Part shown: positions 1 through 11,699 of the stretch, piece after piece
How the letters are laid out: each line of letters opens with the position of its first letter
How positions within the stretch are numbered: position 1 is the stretch's first letter
From: Octopus bimaculoides
Taxonomy: Eukaryota
Assembly (NCBI RefSeq): GCF_001194135.2
Contig: NC_068995.1
Span: forward strand, 11,939,952 to 12,003,951
DNA length: 64,000 nucleotides
Direction: 5' to 3'
Made by a program: the position numbers and the translations under genes
Notes under the pieces: generated by a model
Seen by the model: only the letters and a program-made list of their open reading frames with translations
Told to the model about the DNA's origin: nothing
Database searches by the model: none

Positions 1-79
1 TGTAGTTAGCGATCAGAACATTTGAACTCATCGATGAAAGACAACAAAACAATCGTAGATTTTACAGAGATCCTACCTC

Positions 80-332
80 TGTATTTTAGACAAGAAAGAA
101 AAAAAGAACAGAAAGAAAGAATGAAAAAAAACAGAAAGAAAGAGAGAAGTGGGAGAAAGATATACGGGAAAGAGAGAGAGACGAAGAAGACGAGTGAGAG
201 GGGAAAGACAAAGGATAAGAGAGAGAGCGCGAGGGAGATGGAAAAGGCGAGTGAAAGGAGGAGATAAAGGATGGGAGACGGTGAGAGAGAGAGAGGAAGA
301 GAGAGAGAGAGAGCGAGAGAGAGAGAGAGAGA

Positions 333-372
<40 letters not shown>

Positions 373-420
373 TAGAAGAGGATATAGAGGAAGAGATACA
401 ATAAAAAGAAGAAATAAACA
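80..420. repeat. Purine-rich low-complexity tract with (GA)n microsatellite
   Basis: Near-pure A/G run, (GA)n about 280-369; explains the Ser/Leu and Arg/Glu ORFs in the track. Confidence 0.9.
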
Positions 421-884
421 ATGAAATAAAAAAATTAGAAAACTCATCCACCATTAACTGCGGCCAGAGGTGTCGATTCGGTTTCTATTCTTTGTAGAAG
501 CCATTTCATTTGACATGCGTCACTAATGTTGGACAAGCAGTATTTAAACGTAAGGAATATATGTCAGAAAGTCGAAAAATGCCATTTATATTTGCTAAAA
601 ACACACACACAAAAAATACAAAAACAAAAACAAAAAAACTAAAGAAAAAGGAATGGCGGTTAAGTGACATAGTGTGTTTCTCATTACATTAATGTGTATT
701 TTATTCCTATTTCTGGAGCTGCGGAGTGTCTACTAGAGCGTTTCATCTGTAAACATTGACTGCATACACCTACCCTTTAAGTGTTTGTCTAACGATATTC
801 GAGGTGAGAACTGTGTTTCTAGGATATGTTTGAAGGAGGAAATAGCTATTGGTGACGTTGTTGTTATTATTATAAACTGTAAGT

Positions 885-1035
885 AGGTGGTGGGGCAGAA
901 TTGGTAAAGTGTCTAAATAAATAAATGTCTTTTAGTATTTAGTTCCCAGCCTCTCTACAAGCTGGGTTGAAATTTCAACATGGCCGGTTTTCACTTTTCA
1001 TTCCACTCGTGTTCGATACATTAAGCAGCAGACTA
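885..1035 (+). mobile_element. Family A SINE, highly diverged
   Basis: aggtggtggggcagaattggtaaag ... ttttcattcc ... gttcgatacattaagcagcag aligns by eye to the family A head and body seen at 30963-31181. Confidence 0.45.
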
Positions 1036-1204
1036 CACTGGGAAGAATCCAAACAAAGATACTTTTACCATACACATGATTCATCTACTTGTCATTGTTG
1101 GTTATTTTATTTATTTATTTTTTTTTGGCTTTGCCTTTTTGTTTTATTTTCCTTCTGTATTTGCAGCGACCTCCCAGTTATAATTTGAAAAGAAAGCTGA
1201 AACA

Positions 1205-1340
1205 AATATAATCCAGTCGTGACGATCCAGTCTTTTATTTAGGCACAGCACATGCATCATTTTCTTTCCTTTTTCTCAACCTTTGAAATAGTCGAATATA
1301 CGTTTATTGAGATGTGACTGCCATTTCTAGCAGATTAATG
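1205..1340 (-). mobile_element. Family D interspersed repeat fragment
   Basis: Reverse complement carries ctgctagaaatggcagtc and gtcacgactgg, as in the copy at 36575-36770. Confidence 0.4.
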
Positions 1341-1996
1341 ATATACTTGACTTACAGATGTTTCCTTTCGTTATTGCCAGAGCTGTTGTGTTTGTTTTTG
1401 CCATTTAATGCTCAGCCCGTCACTGATTAACAGTTCGACTTTATTATGATGTTCTAGCCTTGACGGTTATATCAATTATCCAGAGATAAAGAGAAGCAGC
1501 AACGTATGTTTAATATTCTAAGATGTTAAGAGGGTGGCTGTATGGTAGATTGGGTACCATTTCTCGCAAAGTAAGCAACATGTAGAGAATTAATCGCCAG
1601 CACATTTGTTTCGTTGTGTATGCGAGTTATTCAAATAGACACACATAGAAAAGTCCCGAGGTACAGACGACAATACGTAAAATGATACTAAATGGTAATT
1701 GGGAAAAGGAAGGGCTTGAAATTTATGATATAAATATATAAACACATACATACAGATACACATTGACATACACAAACATGAGCGTGCACGCACACACATG
1801 TATATGTTTATTTATTTACGTTGATATCGAATAATGAGAGTAAATGCTCAACACCGTATGAAACTATCGGTAGCCTTGTTAACCAACAAACACAGAATGT
1901 ATGTGTGTGTATATATATAATGGGGAAGGCCAGTTTATGTGATTATCTAAGGTTTCCCACCCGTAAAGGGCGTATCTTTATGGCATATCGTCAGAT

Positions 1997-2034
<38 letters not shown>

Positions 2035-3184
2035 TCGCTTTTTCTCATACATAGTAGTCTAGTTTATAGTTATAACCTGACCGAATAAAAGAATACTATC
2101 AGAAAACTAAGACTGATATATTTCTTGAACTCTCTGAGGCATGAGACTCTTTCGTTATGCAAGACACATTTATCCTATTTCATTGTAGTTGACCTGACTA
2201 TAGGAATTACCTGATATCGTATCTTTGGGGAATATTGTCTGTGAACTTTACTTCAGGGTTTTTCTTCTTTGTCGGATTTACGCCGTGGTATAGAAACGGA
2301 ACGGCGGATATATGTCTAGGGACTTCTCGAGTTTTTCTGAAACATATCTAATTTCAGAAGTGTTGCTTAGTGCAGTTAATAATGGATTACAATCATAATC
2401 TCTAATTACCAGGTTTGTTAACTTGATGCATAGGGAGCTGAGTATGCCACAGTTACATGAACCCTTTATACAATTCTAGGTAGAATCAGCCGGACAATGT
2501 CTGATCAGGCTGTACTGCTAGTTTACATGAACGATCCATCAGACAGGCTTGTAAACAATTTTCGTCAGGCCGATTTTACGCCCAACGTACAGATCTACCC
2601 GAAGTTTTGTTACGAAGAGGCCACACACAGAGTGGGATCGAACTGAGTATCTCAATTGCTAAATAAATTTCTGAACCATACAATTACATTATGTCCATGA
2701 ATATTTTGATAAATATTTTTCTGTACTACGTCGACCCATAGCGAAGAGAAACATTTTCAAAGGGATTCCAGGAAAGACTTATATCAGATTTATTTTGTTT
2801 ACCCTGCAATCTTATATACTAAATGAAAGGTCCTGATGTTGTTGTCTCTACTCACTACGTTATTTCACTTTTGCTGTATTTCAGTCAGGTCATGACAACC
2901 TGACCCTGTATAAATTCCTTTTGAAAAACAATCTGTACATGCACACGCAGTTGATTTGTTGGAGCGGCTGTAGTCTATTGAACTGAATATAGTAAATATT
3001 TACTGCAGACCAGTGGTGGGATAAAACGCTAGGTCAAATCTGACTCGAGGGATTTGAACTCGATCATTAATTAAGAAACATTAATTGCTGATCAGCACGT
3101 TACTCTCTTTGCCACACTTCCAAACTGGCAACAGTATCGTAATAAATTGCATTCAGATAATAGCAATAATAACTCTTCCAATTA

Positions 3185-3383
3185 TAAGTACAAGACTTGA
3201 AATTTGCTGGGAGTGATATCGCCGCTCACCTCAACATTAGTGCGTAAATGATTTTTATTTCGTCGACCCCCGAATGGATGAAATACAAAGTCGACCTCGG
3301 CGGGATTTGATCTCAGAAGGTAATGACGGATGAAATAATGCTAAGCACCTTGTTCAGTGTGCTAACAATTCTGCCAGTTTGCT
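3185..3383 (-). mobile_element. Family A SINE
   Basis: gtcgacccccgaatggatgaaatacaaagtcgacctcggcgggatttgatctcagaa ... gctaacaattctgccag is the reverse complement of the A body and head. Confidence 0.8.
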
Positions 3384-3387
3384 ATTT

Positions 3388-3430
3388 TGATGATGATGAT
3401 GATGATGATGATAATAATAATAATAATAAT

Positions 3431-3486
<56 letters not shown>

Positions 3487-3527
3487 TGATGTTGATGATG
3501 ACGATGACGATGATGATGATGATGGTG

Positions 3528-3576
<49 letters not shown>

Positions 3577-3595
3577 TGTTGATGATGACGATGAC

Positions 3596-3643
<48 letters not shown>
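3388..3643. repeat. Compound (GAT)n/(AAT)n microsatellite with internal duplication
   Basis: Two (AAT)n blocks, each followed by gatgttgatgatgacgatgacgat(gat)n. Confidence 0.95.
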
Positions 3644-3644
<1 letters not shown>

Positions 3645-3649
3645 TTTTA

Positions 3650-3832
3650 AATTTTGGTAGAAGACAAGCAATTTCGAAGGATGGGATAAGTCGATTGCAT
3701 CGACCCCAATACACAACTGGTATTTATTTTATCCACTCTTAAGTATGAAACACAAAATCGACCTCAGCGGATTCTAAACTCAGATCGCAAATACGTTCGA
3801 AATGCCACTGATCATTTTGTCCGGTACAACAC
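3650..3832 (-). mobile_element. Family A SINE
   Basis: aagtcgattgcatcgaccccaatacacaactggtatttattt ... aaaatcgacctcagcggattctaaactcaga. Confidence 0.75.
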
Positions 3833-3964
3833 TCCAGCACATGGGTTTGTTTTGGATGGGCGTTGTTGGCGAAGGTTACACGAGGTCTGAATGCAATTTC
3901 TGTCGCAACCTCTTTTCTTTGCCTGCTACGACACGCGGAAAACACGTTGACTTGCCGGTCCCCA

Positions 3965-4088
3965 CACAGCACTTGAGCAACATGAAAAGAATCACTATGC
4001 TCAAGACACAACATGCCGCCCGGTACAGAAATCGAAACCACGACCTGGCGATCATGTGTGCAACACCAGGGCCACTAAATCACTCACC
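3965..4088 (-). mobile_element. Family C (CORE-like) SINE head and body, diverged
   Basis: gctcaagacacaacatgccgcccggtacagaaatcgaaaccacg matches the copy at 52060-52163. Confidence 0.7.
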
Positions 4089-4736
4089 TTCAGAGTATGA
4101 TATAATTTTTATGATGACACGTCTGGTATTTCTAGCGCATAGCCCGACCGGAAAGAGGTAATATAGTGTAATATAGTGTAATACAGTGCAAATTAGTGAC
4201 ACAAATTATTCCCATATGTTCTTTCTACATGTCAATGTGTATGTCTGCTACAGAAGCTATATCGATATTATCATATAAACCGCAGCTACAGAAAATAAAC
4301 ATGATCCTGCTTGTGTTTTCTTACGAATTGTTTATAATTTCCTATCCCTTTTCGTGATACTTAAGTCGTTCTATCAGAGCGGCAGGTTAGAAATATCGGT
4401 ACGACATTGTTTATTAAAACATTTAGCTGAAACGACAGTTTATATATTAAATACAGTCAGCCATTGTTTCTATATTAACCTTAATCCATTGACGTCCTTT
4501 AAATCTAATTTTCTACGTTATTGTTTCAAACATTGGAATGAGGCGATGTTGGGGCAACGCCTTTGAAAGGTCTTTTTTGACGAACAAGTCGACACGAGTA
4601 CTTATTTTAAACATTGGTATGTAATCTGTGCTTTCCAATTGGTGAATGTCTACATTACGAGGACGAAAACACACCGACACCGGTTATCAAGCGGTATTAG
4701 TTTGTTTAAGGTTTGAAATGGTTTTTTTCTCTAGTA

Positions 4737-5376
4737 GGAGTGGCTTTGTGGTAAGTAGCTTGGGTTCAGTCCCTCTGCGTGGCACCTTGGGCAAGTGTCT
4801 TCTGCTATAGCCTCGGGCCGACAAAAGCCTTGTGAGTGGATTTGGTTGACGGAAACTGAAAGAGGCCCGTCGTATATATGTATATGTATTTATATATGTG
4901 TGTTTGTTTGTCTGTGTTTGTCCCCCCCCCCCAACATCGCTTGACAACCGATGCTGGNNNNNNNNNNNNNNNNNNNNNNNNNNNNNNNNNNNNNNNNNNN
5001 NNNNNNNNNNNNNNNNNNNNNNNNNNNNNNNNNNNNNNNNNNNNNNNNNNNNNNNNNNNNNNNNNNNNNNNNNNNNNNNNNNNNNNNNNNNNNNNNNNNN
5101 NNNNNNNNNNNNNNNNNNNNNNNNNNNNNNNNNNNNNNNNNNNNNNNNNNNNNNNNNNNNNNNNNNNNNNNNNNNNNNNNNNNNNNNNNNNNNNNNNNNN
5201 NNNNNNNNNNNNNNNNNGTGTTTACATCCCCGTAACTTAGCGGTTCGGCAAAAGAGACCGATAGAATAAGTACTAGGCTTACAAAGAATAAGTACTGAGG
5301 TCGATTTGCTCGACTAAAGGCGGTGCTCCAGCATGGCCTCAGTCAAATGTCTGAAACAAGTAAAGGAGTAAAAGAG
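4737..5376 (+). mobile_element. Family B composite SINE (tRNA-like head, CORE-like segment, microsatellite linker, 3' tail), split by an N gap
   Basis: Head tggctttgtggtaag / gggttcagtccc, ggcaccttgggcaagtgtctt, tail ending ctgaaacaagtaaaggagtaaaagag; collinear with 52900-53376. Confidence 0.9.
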
Positions 5377-5394
5377 TAGTGGTGGTGGTGTGCT

Positions 5395-5566
5395 AGTCGT
5401 TTCCATCGAACCTAGTGCTCAACTGGTACCTATTTCATTGACCCCGAAATAATCTAAGACAGAGTCAATCGACCTCGGTGGAATTTATACTCACAACGTA
5501 TAGACGAACGAAATGTCGCTGAAGATTTTGTCCGGCAGGAGAACAATTCTACCAGTTCACCGTTTT
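5395..5566 (-). mobile_element. Family A SINE
   Basis: ctagtgctcaactggtacctatttcattgaccccgaa ... gacctcggtggaatttatactcacaacgt ... ttctaccagttcaccg. Confidence 0.75.
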
Positions 5567-5807
5567 TTACGAAGTCTCAAGTGATGAAGATAAAATTGGA
5601 TTCGTTACAAAAATAGTTAATTAAACGGAGTAAACTCATCTGGCATTATTTTATTTGCTATGTAATCTCATATCACATTTTTGTGACAAATAATGTCATT
5701 CAGTACTTGTTTACAGCAAAATCACAGCATCACTAAACTAAGTTTAAGATGAGGAGAGAGAGAGAGAGAGAGAGAATAGATTTTCTGTGCAAATTCGGTG
5801 CAACAAA

Positions 5808-5858
5808 TATTTTACGTTTCTTCTGTTTGAAAACACAGTCTCGTCAGTTTCCTCGCTG
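5808..5858 (-). other. Hammerhead-ribozyme-like relic
   Basis: Minus strand reads CUGACGA GACUGUGUUUUCAAACAGAA GAAAC GUAAAAUA; both core motifs are present, but the stem II closing pair is broken. Confidence 0.4.
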
Positions 5859-5932
5859 ATAAGCATATCGGAAATGTCCGTACATACATACATACATACA
5901 TACATACATACATACATACATTCATGTAAGGT

Positions 5933-6022
5933 GGCTTTACATTTCGAGAAAAGCACTTCATGCGAAAAACGAGACGGAGGAAAATCCAAGAGGAAAGGAA
6001 GACGGAGGGAAAAAATCGCCAA
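5933..6022 (-). mobile_element. Family G repeat (Penelope-LTR-like) with decayed hammerhead-like core
   Basis: Minus strand CGCAUGA A GUGC UUU UCUC GAAAU GUAAA preceded by a pyrimidine-rich leader. Confidence 0.35.
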
Positions 6023-8435
6023 CGATTCACATGTATATAATATATATATATATNNNNNNNNNNNNNNNNNNNNNNNNNNNNNNNNNNNNNNNNNNNNNNN
6101 NNNNNNNNNNNNNNNNNNNNNNNNNNNNNNNNNNNNNNNNNNNNNNNNNNNNNNNNNNNNNNNNNNNNNNNNNNNNNNNNNNNNNNNNNNNNNNNNNNNN
6201 NNNNNNNNNNNNNNNNNNNNNNNNNNNNNNNNNNNNNNNNNNNNNNNNNNNNNNNNNNNNNNNNNNNNNNNNNNNNNNNNNNNNNNNNNNNNNNNNNNNN
6301 NNNNNNNNNNNNNNNNNNNNNNNNNNNNNNNNNNNNNNNNNNNNNNNNNNNNNNNNNNNNNNNNNNNNNNNNNNNNNNNNNNNNNNNNNNNNNNNNNNNN
6401 NNNNNNNNNNNNNNNNNNNNNNNNNNNNNNNNNNNNNNNNNNNNNNNNNNNNNNNNNNNNNNNNNNNNNNNNNNNNNNNNNNNNNNNNNNNNNNNNNNNN
6501 NNNNNNNNNNNNNNNNNNNNNNNNNNNNNNNNNNNNNNNNNNNNNNNNNNNNNNNATATATATACATATATATATATAGTTGTATGTATGTATATATAGG
6601 CCCATCTTATTTTTAGATATCTTCGGTATTGATATCTTCCTGATGAAGGAAGCCGCTCTTAGTATAATATCTCTCTGAGACCATTTATTGTTGCATGTCT
6701 ATGACGTCTTGCACGTTCTCTCAGCCAGTTATATACGATTATTATGTAATTCCAACCTTTCTAAAGCAGATTTCAAGTTAAAAAGAGCCATGCATTCTCT
6801 CTTTTGTCTTCTGTATTTTTCTGCTGTATATATATATATATACGCACTGTATATATATATATATACGCACTGTATATTTGGTGTTAATTTGCTTCAGCTT
6901 TATATTACGTTAATCTTAATCTTATTTCGGCCAGAGTTCTTTCATCACACTTCTGTGACCTCATCAGTGGTCCTTTGTTTCCTTCTTTCTTATGTGTGTC
7001 TCACCTTGCTAACTATCAGCCATTTTGTATTTATATATATATATATACTACATACATATGCTAAAAGTTCATAACAAACGTTATATACAGATATATAGAC
7101 AGATAATTACGGATGTATATTTGAGCTTTTATGCGTGTGTGCATCTGTGGGTGTGTTAGTGTGTAAGTGCGTGTGTGTATATGTGGAAGTGTTTACTGTT
7201 GCGTATTCGACAACAATAATAAAAAAAAATGTCTTAACATATTTGCTTTGCTGTTGAGTACCTTACAGATTTATGGGTCTCTTTCTGTCTTGTGACCGTT
7301 TGAAAGCTTTCCAACAGATTTATTAACCTCGCAAGTAATGAACAATAAAGACATACAGTCGCACACACACACACACACACACACACACNNNNNNNNNNNN
7401 NNNNNNNNNNNNNNNNNNNNNNNNNNNNNNNNNNNNNNNNNNNNNNNNNNNNNNNNNNNNNNNNNNNNNNNNNNNNNNNNNNNNNNNNNNNNNNNNNNNN
7501 NNNNNNNNNNNNNNNNNNNNNNNNNNNNNNNNNNNNNNNNNNNNNNNNNNNNNNNNNNNNNNNNNNNNNNNNNNNNNNNNNNNNNNNNNNNNNNNNNNNN
7601 NNNNNNNNNNNNNNNNNNNNNNNNNNNNNNNNNNNNNNNNNNNNNNNNNNNNNNNNNNNNNNNNNNNNNNNNNNNNNNNNNNNNNNNNNNNNNNNNNNNN
7701 NNNNNNNNNNNNNNNNNNNNNNNNNNNNNNNNNNNNNNNNNNNNNNNNNNNNNNNNNNNNNNNNNNNNNNNNNNNNNNNNNNNNNNNNNNNNNNNNNNNN
7801 NNNNNNNNNNNNNNNNNNNNNNNNNNNNNNNNNNNNNNNNNNNNNNNNNNNNNNNNNNNNNNNNNNNNNNNNNNNNNNNNNNNNNNNNNNNNNNNNNNNN
7901 NNNNNNNNNNNNNNNNNNNNNNNNNNNNNNNNNNNNNNNNNNNNNNNNNNNNNNNNNNNNNNNNNNNNNNNNNNNNNNNNNNNNNNNNNNNNNNNNNNNN
8001 NNNNNNNNNNNNNNNNNNNNNNNNNNNNNNNNNNNNNNNNNNNNNNNNNNNNNNNNNNNNNNNNNNNNNNNNNNNNNNNNNNNNNNNNNNNNNNNNNNNN
8101 NNNNNNNNNNNNNNNNNNNNNNNNNNNNNNNNNNNNNNNNNNNNNNNNNNNNNNNNNNNNNNNNNNNNNNNNNNNNNNNNNNNNNNNNNNNNNNNNNNNN
8201 NNNNNNNNNNNNNNNNNNNNNNNNNNNNNNNNNNNNNNNNNNNNNNNNNNNNNNNNNNNNNNNNNNNNNNNNNNNNNNNNNNNNNNNNNNNNNNNNNNNN
8301 NNNNNNNNNNNNNNNNNNNNNNNNNNNNNNNNNNNNNNNNNNNNNNNNNNNNNNNNNNNNNNNNNNNNNNNNNNNNTATATATATTATTTATACTATTAT
8401 CCGATTGAGCGCCACGTATCCGCTTCAAAGTATGT

Positions 8436-8473
<38 letters not shown>

Positions 8474-9100
8474 CACACATATATACGGTTTCTTTTATCC
8501 AACCATTTTGAACTGTCTTTTAGTGTAAACATCTCCCGTCTTACCCACTAAACAAAGCAGAAACACGCAAGCATAAACAGACATATTCCCCACCACACAT
8601 GCACACAAGTAAACAAGCATCTCTCTCATAAGTACACATTGTATGAGCATCATTTCTCTCCGAATATAACGTAACCTGTAAGAATTTATGGTTGTGACAG
8701 TCATCACATTAAATCCTTCTCGTATACACGCCATCACCTTTAGCCAGAAAGCTGTAATATGTAAATATTATATCAACGTTATGATATGTATAGATGGACA
8801 GTCATTCACTAATACGCTGCATTAAATGCAGCGAAGCGAGAAGGACACAGCTCGATTATGGAGACAGCCATGCTCCATCGAGTCGATCACGTATAAATAT
8901 GAATATGTCAAGTGTGCGCCACAAGTCGCTAAATGTAAGTAGAGACATAGTTAAGATATTTGGAAATGGCGACGAATAATGTATGTATGAAATGAATGAT
9001 TCGGTACACCCCCACACACGCATGATTAATTATATACACATGAATACAAACGTAAGCACACATATATATATATAAATAACTGTATAAAAAAATATATGTG

Positions 9101-9144
<44 letters not shown>

Positions 9145-9382
9145 CGTAAATGTATGCATTTAAGTTCATATATATACATCTATATATGTATTTATGTGTA
9201 ATATACATACATTTTATGTTTTGTTCGCTAACATAAAAATATATGTTTATATAAATGTGTTTTTTGTATAACGTACATATATATATATGGAAATATATGT
9301 ATGTAGACGTGTGAATATATGCATTTATAGACATGTAAATACCTATGCGCTCCTATAATTTATTATTCCATTATATGTTTCA

Positions 9383-9805
9383 AGGCGGCGAGCTGGCAGA
9401 AACGTTAGCACACCGGGAGAAATGCTTAACGTGTTTCGTCTGTCTTTACGTTCTGAGTTCAAATTCTGCCGAGGTCGCCTTTGCATTTCGGGATCGATTA
9501 AATAAGTACCATCGCACCGGGGTCGTTGTAATAGACTTGATCCGTGTGTCTGTCCTTATTTGTCTCCTCTGTGTCTAGCCCCTTGTGGTCAGTAAAGAAA
9601 TAAGAAACGTTAGCACACCGGGCGAAATGTTTAACGGTGTTTAGTCTGTCTTTACGTTCTGAGTTCAAATTTCGTCGAGGTTGACTTTGCCTTTTATGCT
9701 TTCGGGGTCGATAAATTAAGTACCAGTTGCGTACTGGGGTCGATCTGATCGACTGGCTCCTTCCACAAACATTTCTGGCATTGTGCTTAGTGAAGAAAAG
9801 ATTCT
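9383..9805 (+). mobile_element. Dimeric family A SINE with 18-bp target-site duplication
   Basis: Two monomers, each starting agaaacgttagcacaccggg, with different tails; flanks attccattatatgtttca (9365-9382) and attctattatatgtttca (9801-9818). Confidence 0.9.
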
Positions 9806-9997
9806 ATTATATGTTTCAGCCCTAAGAATGTGCCCATGCTGAGATACCACCAGTGTATTCACCTTTTGATTGGCCAATTCTATGTGATTGGCTTTTGGTG
9901 CAGGGGTGAGTTGGCACAGCTGCTATATTTATATATTTACTAGCACAAACACTTATATCTGCATCTGCATAGATATATAAACGTTTCTTTATCATAT

Positions 9998-10060
9998 TCT
10001 GCTATTCTTTTACTTGTTTCAGTCGTTTTGACTGCGGCCATGATTGAGCACTGCCTTCCA
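9998..10060 (-). mobile_element. Family B SINE 3' tail fragment
   Basis: ttcttttacttgtttcagtcgttttgactgcggccatgattgagcactgcctt. Confidence 0.75.
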
Positions 10061-10460
10061 TTTTCTCCATGCTAGAGCAAATGGAACAAAAACTTGTTCT
10101 TTGTATATGTATATGTTTTTATATGTATATATATGTATGTATATATATGTATGGATATGTATGTATATATNNNNNNNNNNNNNNNNNNNNNNNNNNNNNN
10201 NNNNNNNNNNNNNNNNNNNNNNNNNNNNNNNNNNNNNNNNNNNNNNNNNNNNNNNNNNNNNNNNNNNNNNNNNNNNNNNNNNNATATATGTGTGTATATA
10301 TATGTATGTATATTTATAATATGCTATCTATTAATAGTGAGAAATTTGTGGTTTTGGAGTATTAGCTTTTCTTTCTAGCAAGTGGTATACTTGTACTCCT
10401 ACCTTATTTATTTGTATATTTTATCTATATATGATAAAGTTGCTGGCGAATTTATTATTG

Positions 10461-10509
<49 letters not shown>

Positions 10510-11478
10510 GAATAATAATAATAATGCATATATATATATCTATACATGCACAATTGTCTCGAACGCAGACAAATGACTGAAACAAATGAAAGATAAAATA
10601 AGAATGATATTTATCACTCACCAAATCACTTCGATTACTGTTAAAACCATGGCCAAGTACTGAATCGATTTACCTAGCGAATCAATTGTGATAACATATT
10701 TACGTATTATTCATAAATACCTCGAAATATAATTAGTATATGAGATTAGACTTGACGTTAAAAACCCGTTACACATTCATGTTTTCTGTTTTCTTACGCA
10801 GAGTACGTTGTATATATCTCTATACACGAGCAAAACACGTGATATTTACAGATGTCTTTTGCATGTGAGTGCCGATAGCAAAATCCCTTACCTAAGAGAT
10901 GTTACTGCAAGCAATCAAGCAAGATGCATAATACTAACTGAAATACTTTTGACAGAAAATACGTAAGATGCAGAAATTCATACATCAAAATATGTCCTAT
11001 TCCTTCCAAACAGGATAGTAAGAAATCACGGAGGAGCTGTGCTGTCAAATCACGAATATTTAACAGCATCGATTACTGTAATATCACTCAAGCTGTTTGT
11101 GACACGTTCGTAGTATTCCATACATACATACATACATACATACATACATACATGCATACATACACACACATACACACATACATACATATATACATACATA
11201 CATACATACATACATATACACATACATACATATGCACATATATACACACAGATGACATAAATGTTCGAGAAATTCCAGCAAAATATAAGTATTAACCAAT
11301 TTCATCCAGAATATCAGTGCCAGTCTCCACACCGCAATATCACAATGAATCTGAGTGTTGACCTACTTCGGGAGTACACTTTTAATTGGAACAAATGGCT
11401 TACTGTTAAGTAAGCGGAACATCGCATTTGGTCACTCCACCGTACTTTTCAGATTATAGCACTGAAGAATTAACAATA

Positions 11479-11510
11479 CATATGCATATGCATATGCATA
11501 TGCATATGCA
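11479..11510. repeat. Self-complementary (CATATG)n tandem repeat
   Basis: catatgcatatgcatatgcatatgcatatgca. Confidence 0.95.
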
Positions 11511-11699
11511 GCTCAGTATCACGTGAAATGCGTGTCAAGGCTCCATTACTATAAGACTTCCTAGCACTAGTTGTGAAATTTGTAAGAACTGGCTTCAAAA
11601 CCATTGTATTCAAGAGAACAGTATAAAAGAGAACAAATTCGTCTCAGTAATGAAAGTAACGTGATTAAATATGTCTTAATGAAGACGTAAAGACGGTTT

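Noticed and set aside
6-454. Ser/Leu- and Arg/Glu-rich ORFs
   Set aside because: Translations of (GA)n and purine-rich low complexity; open in many frames on both strands
3323-3742. Poly-Asp/poly-Asn ORF
   Set aside because: Trinucleotide microsatellite flanked by antisense SINE sequence; no domain or splice support
6638-6660. CUGAUGA-A-GG-aag-CC-G hammerhead-like start
   Set aside because: No GAAA follows and no stem I or III can be drawn
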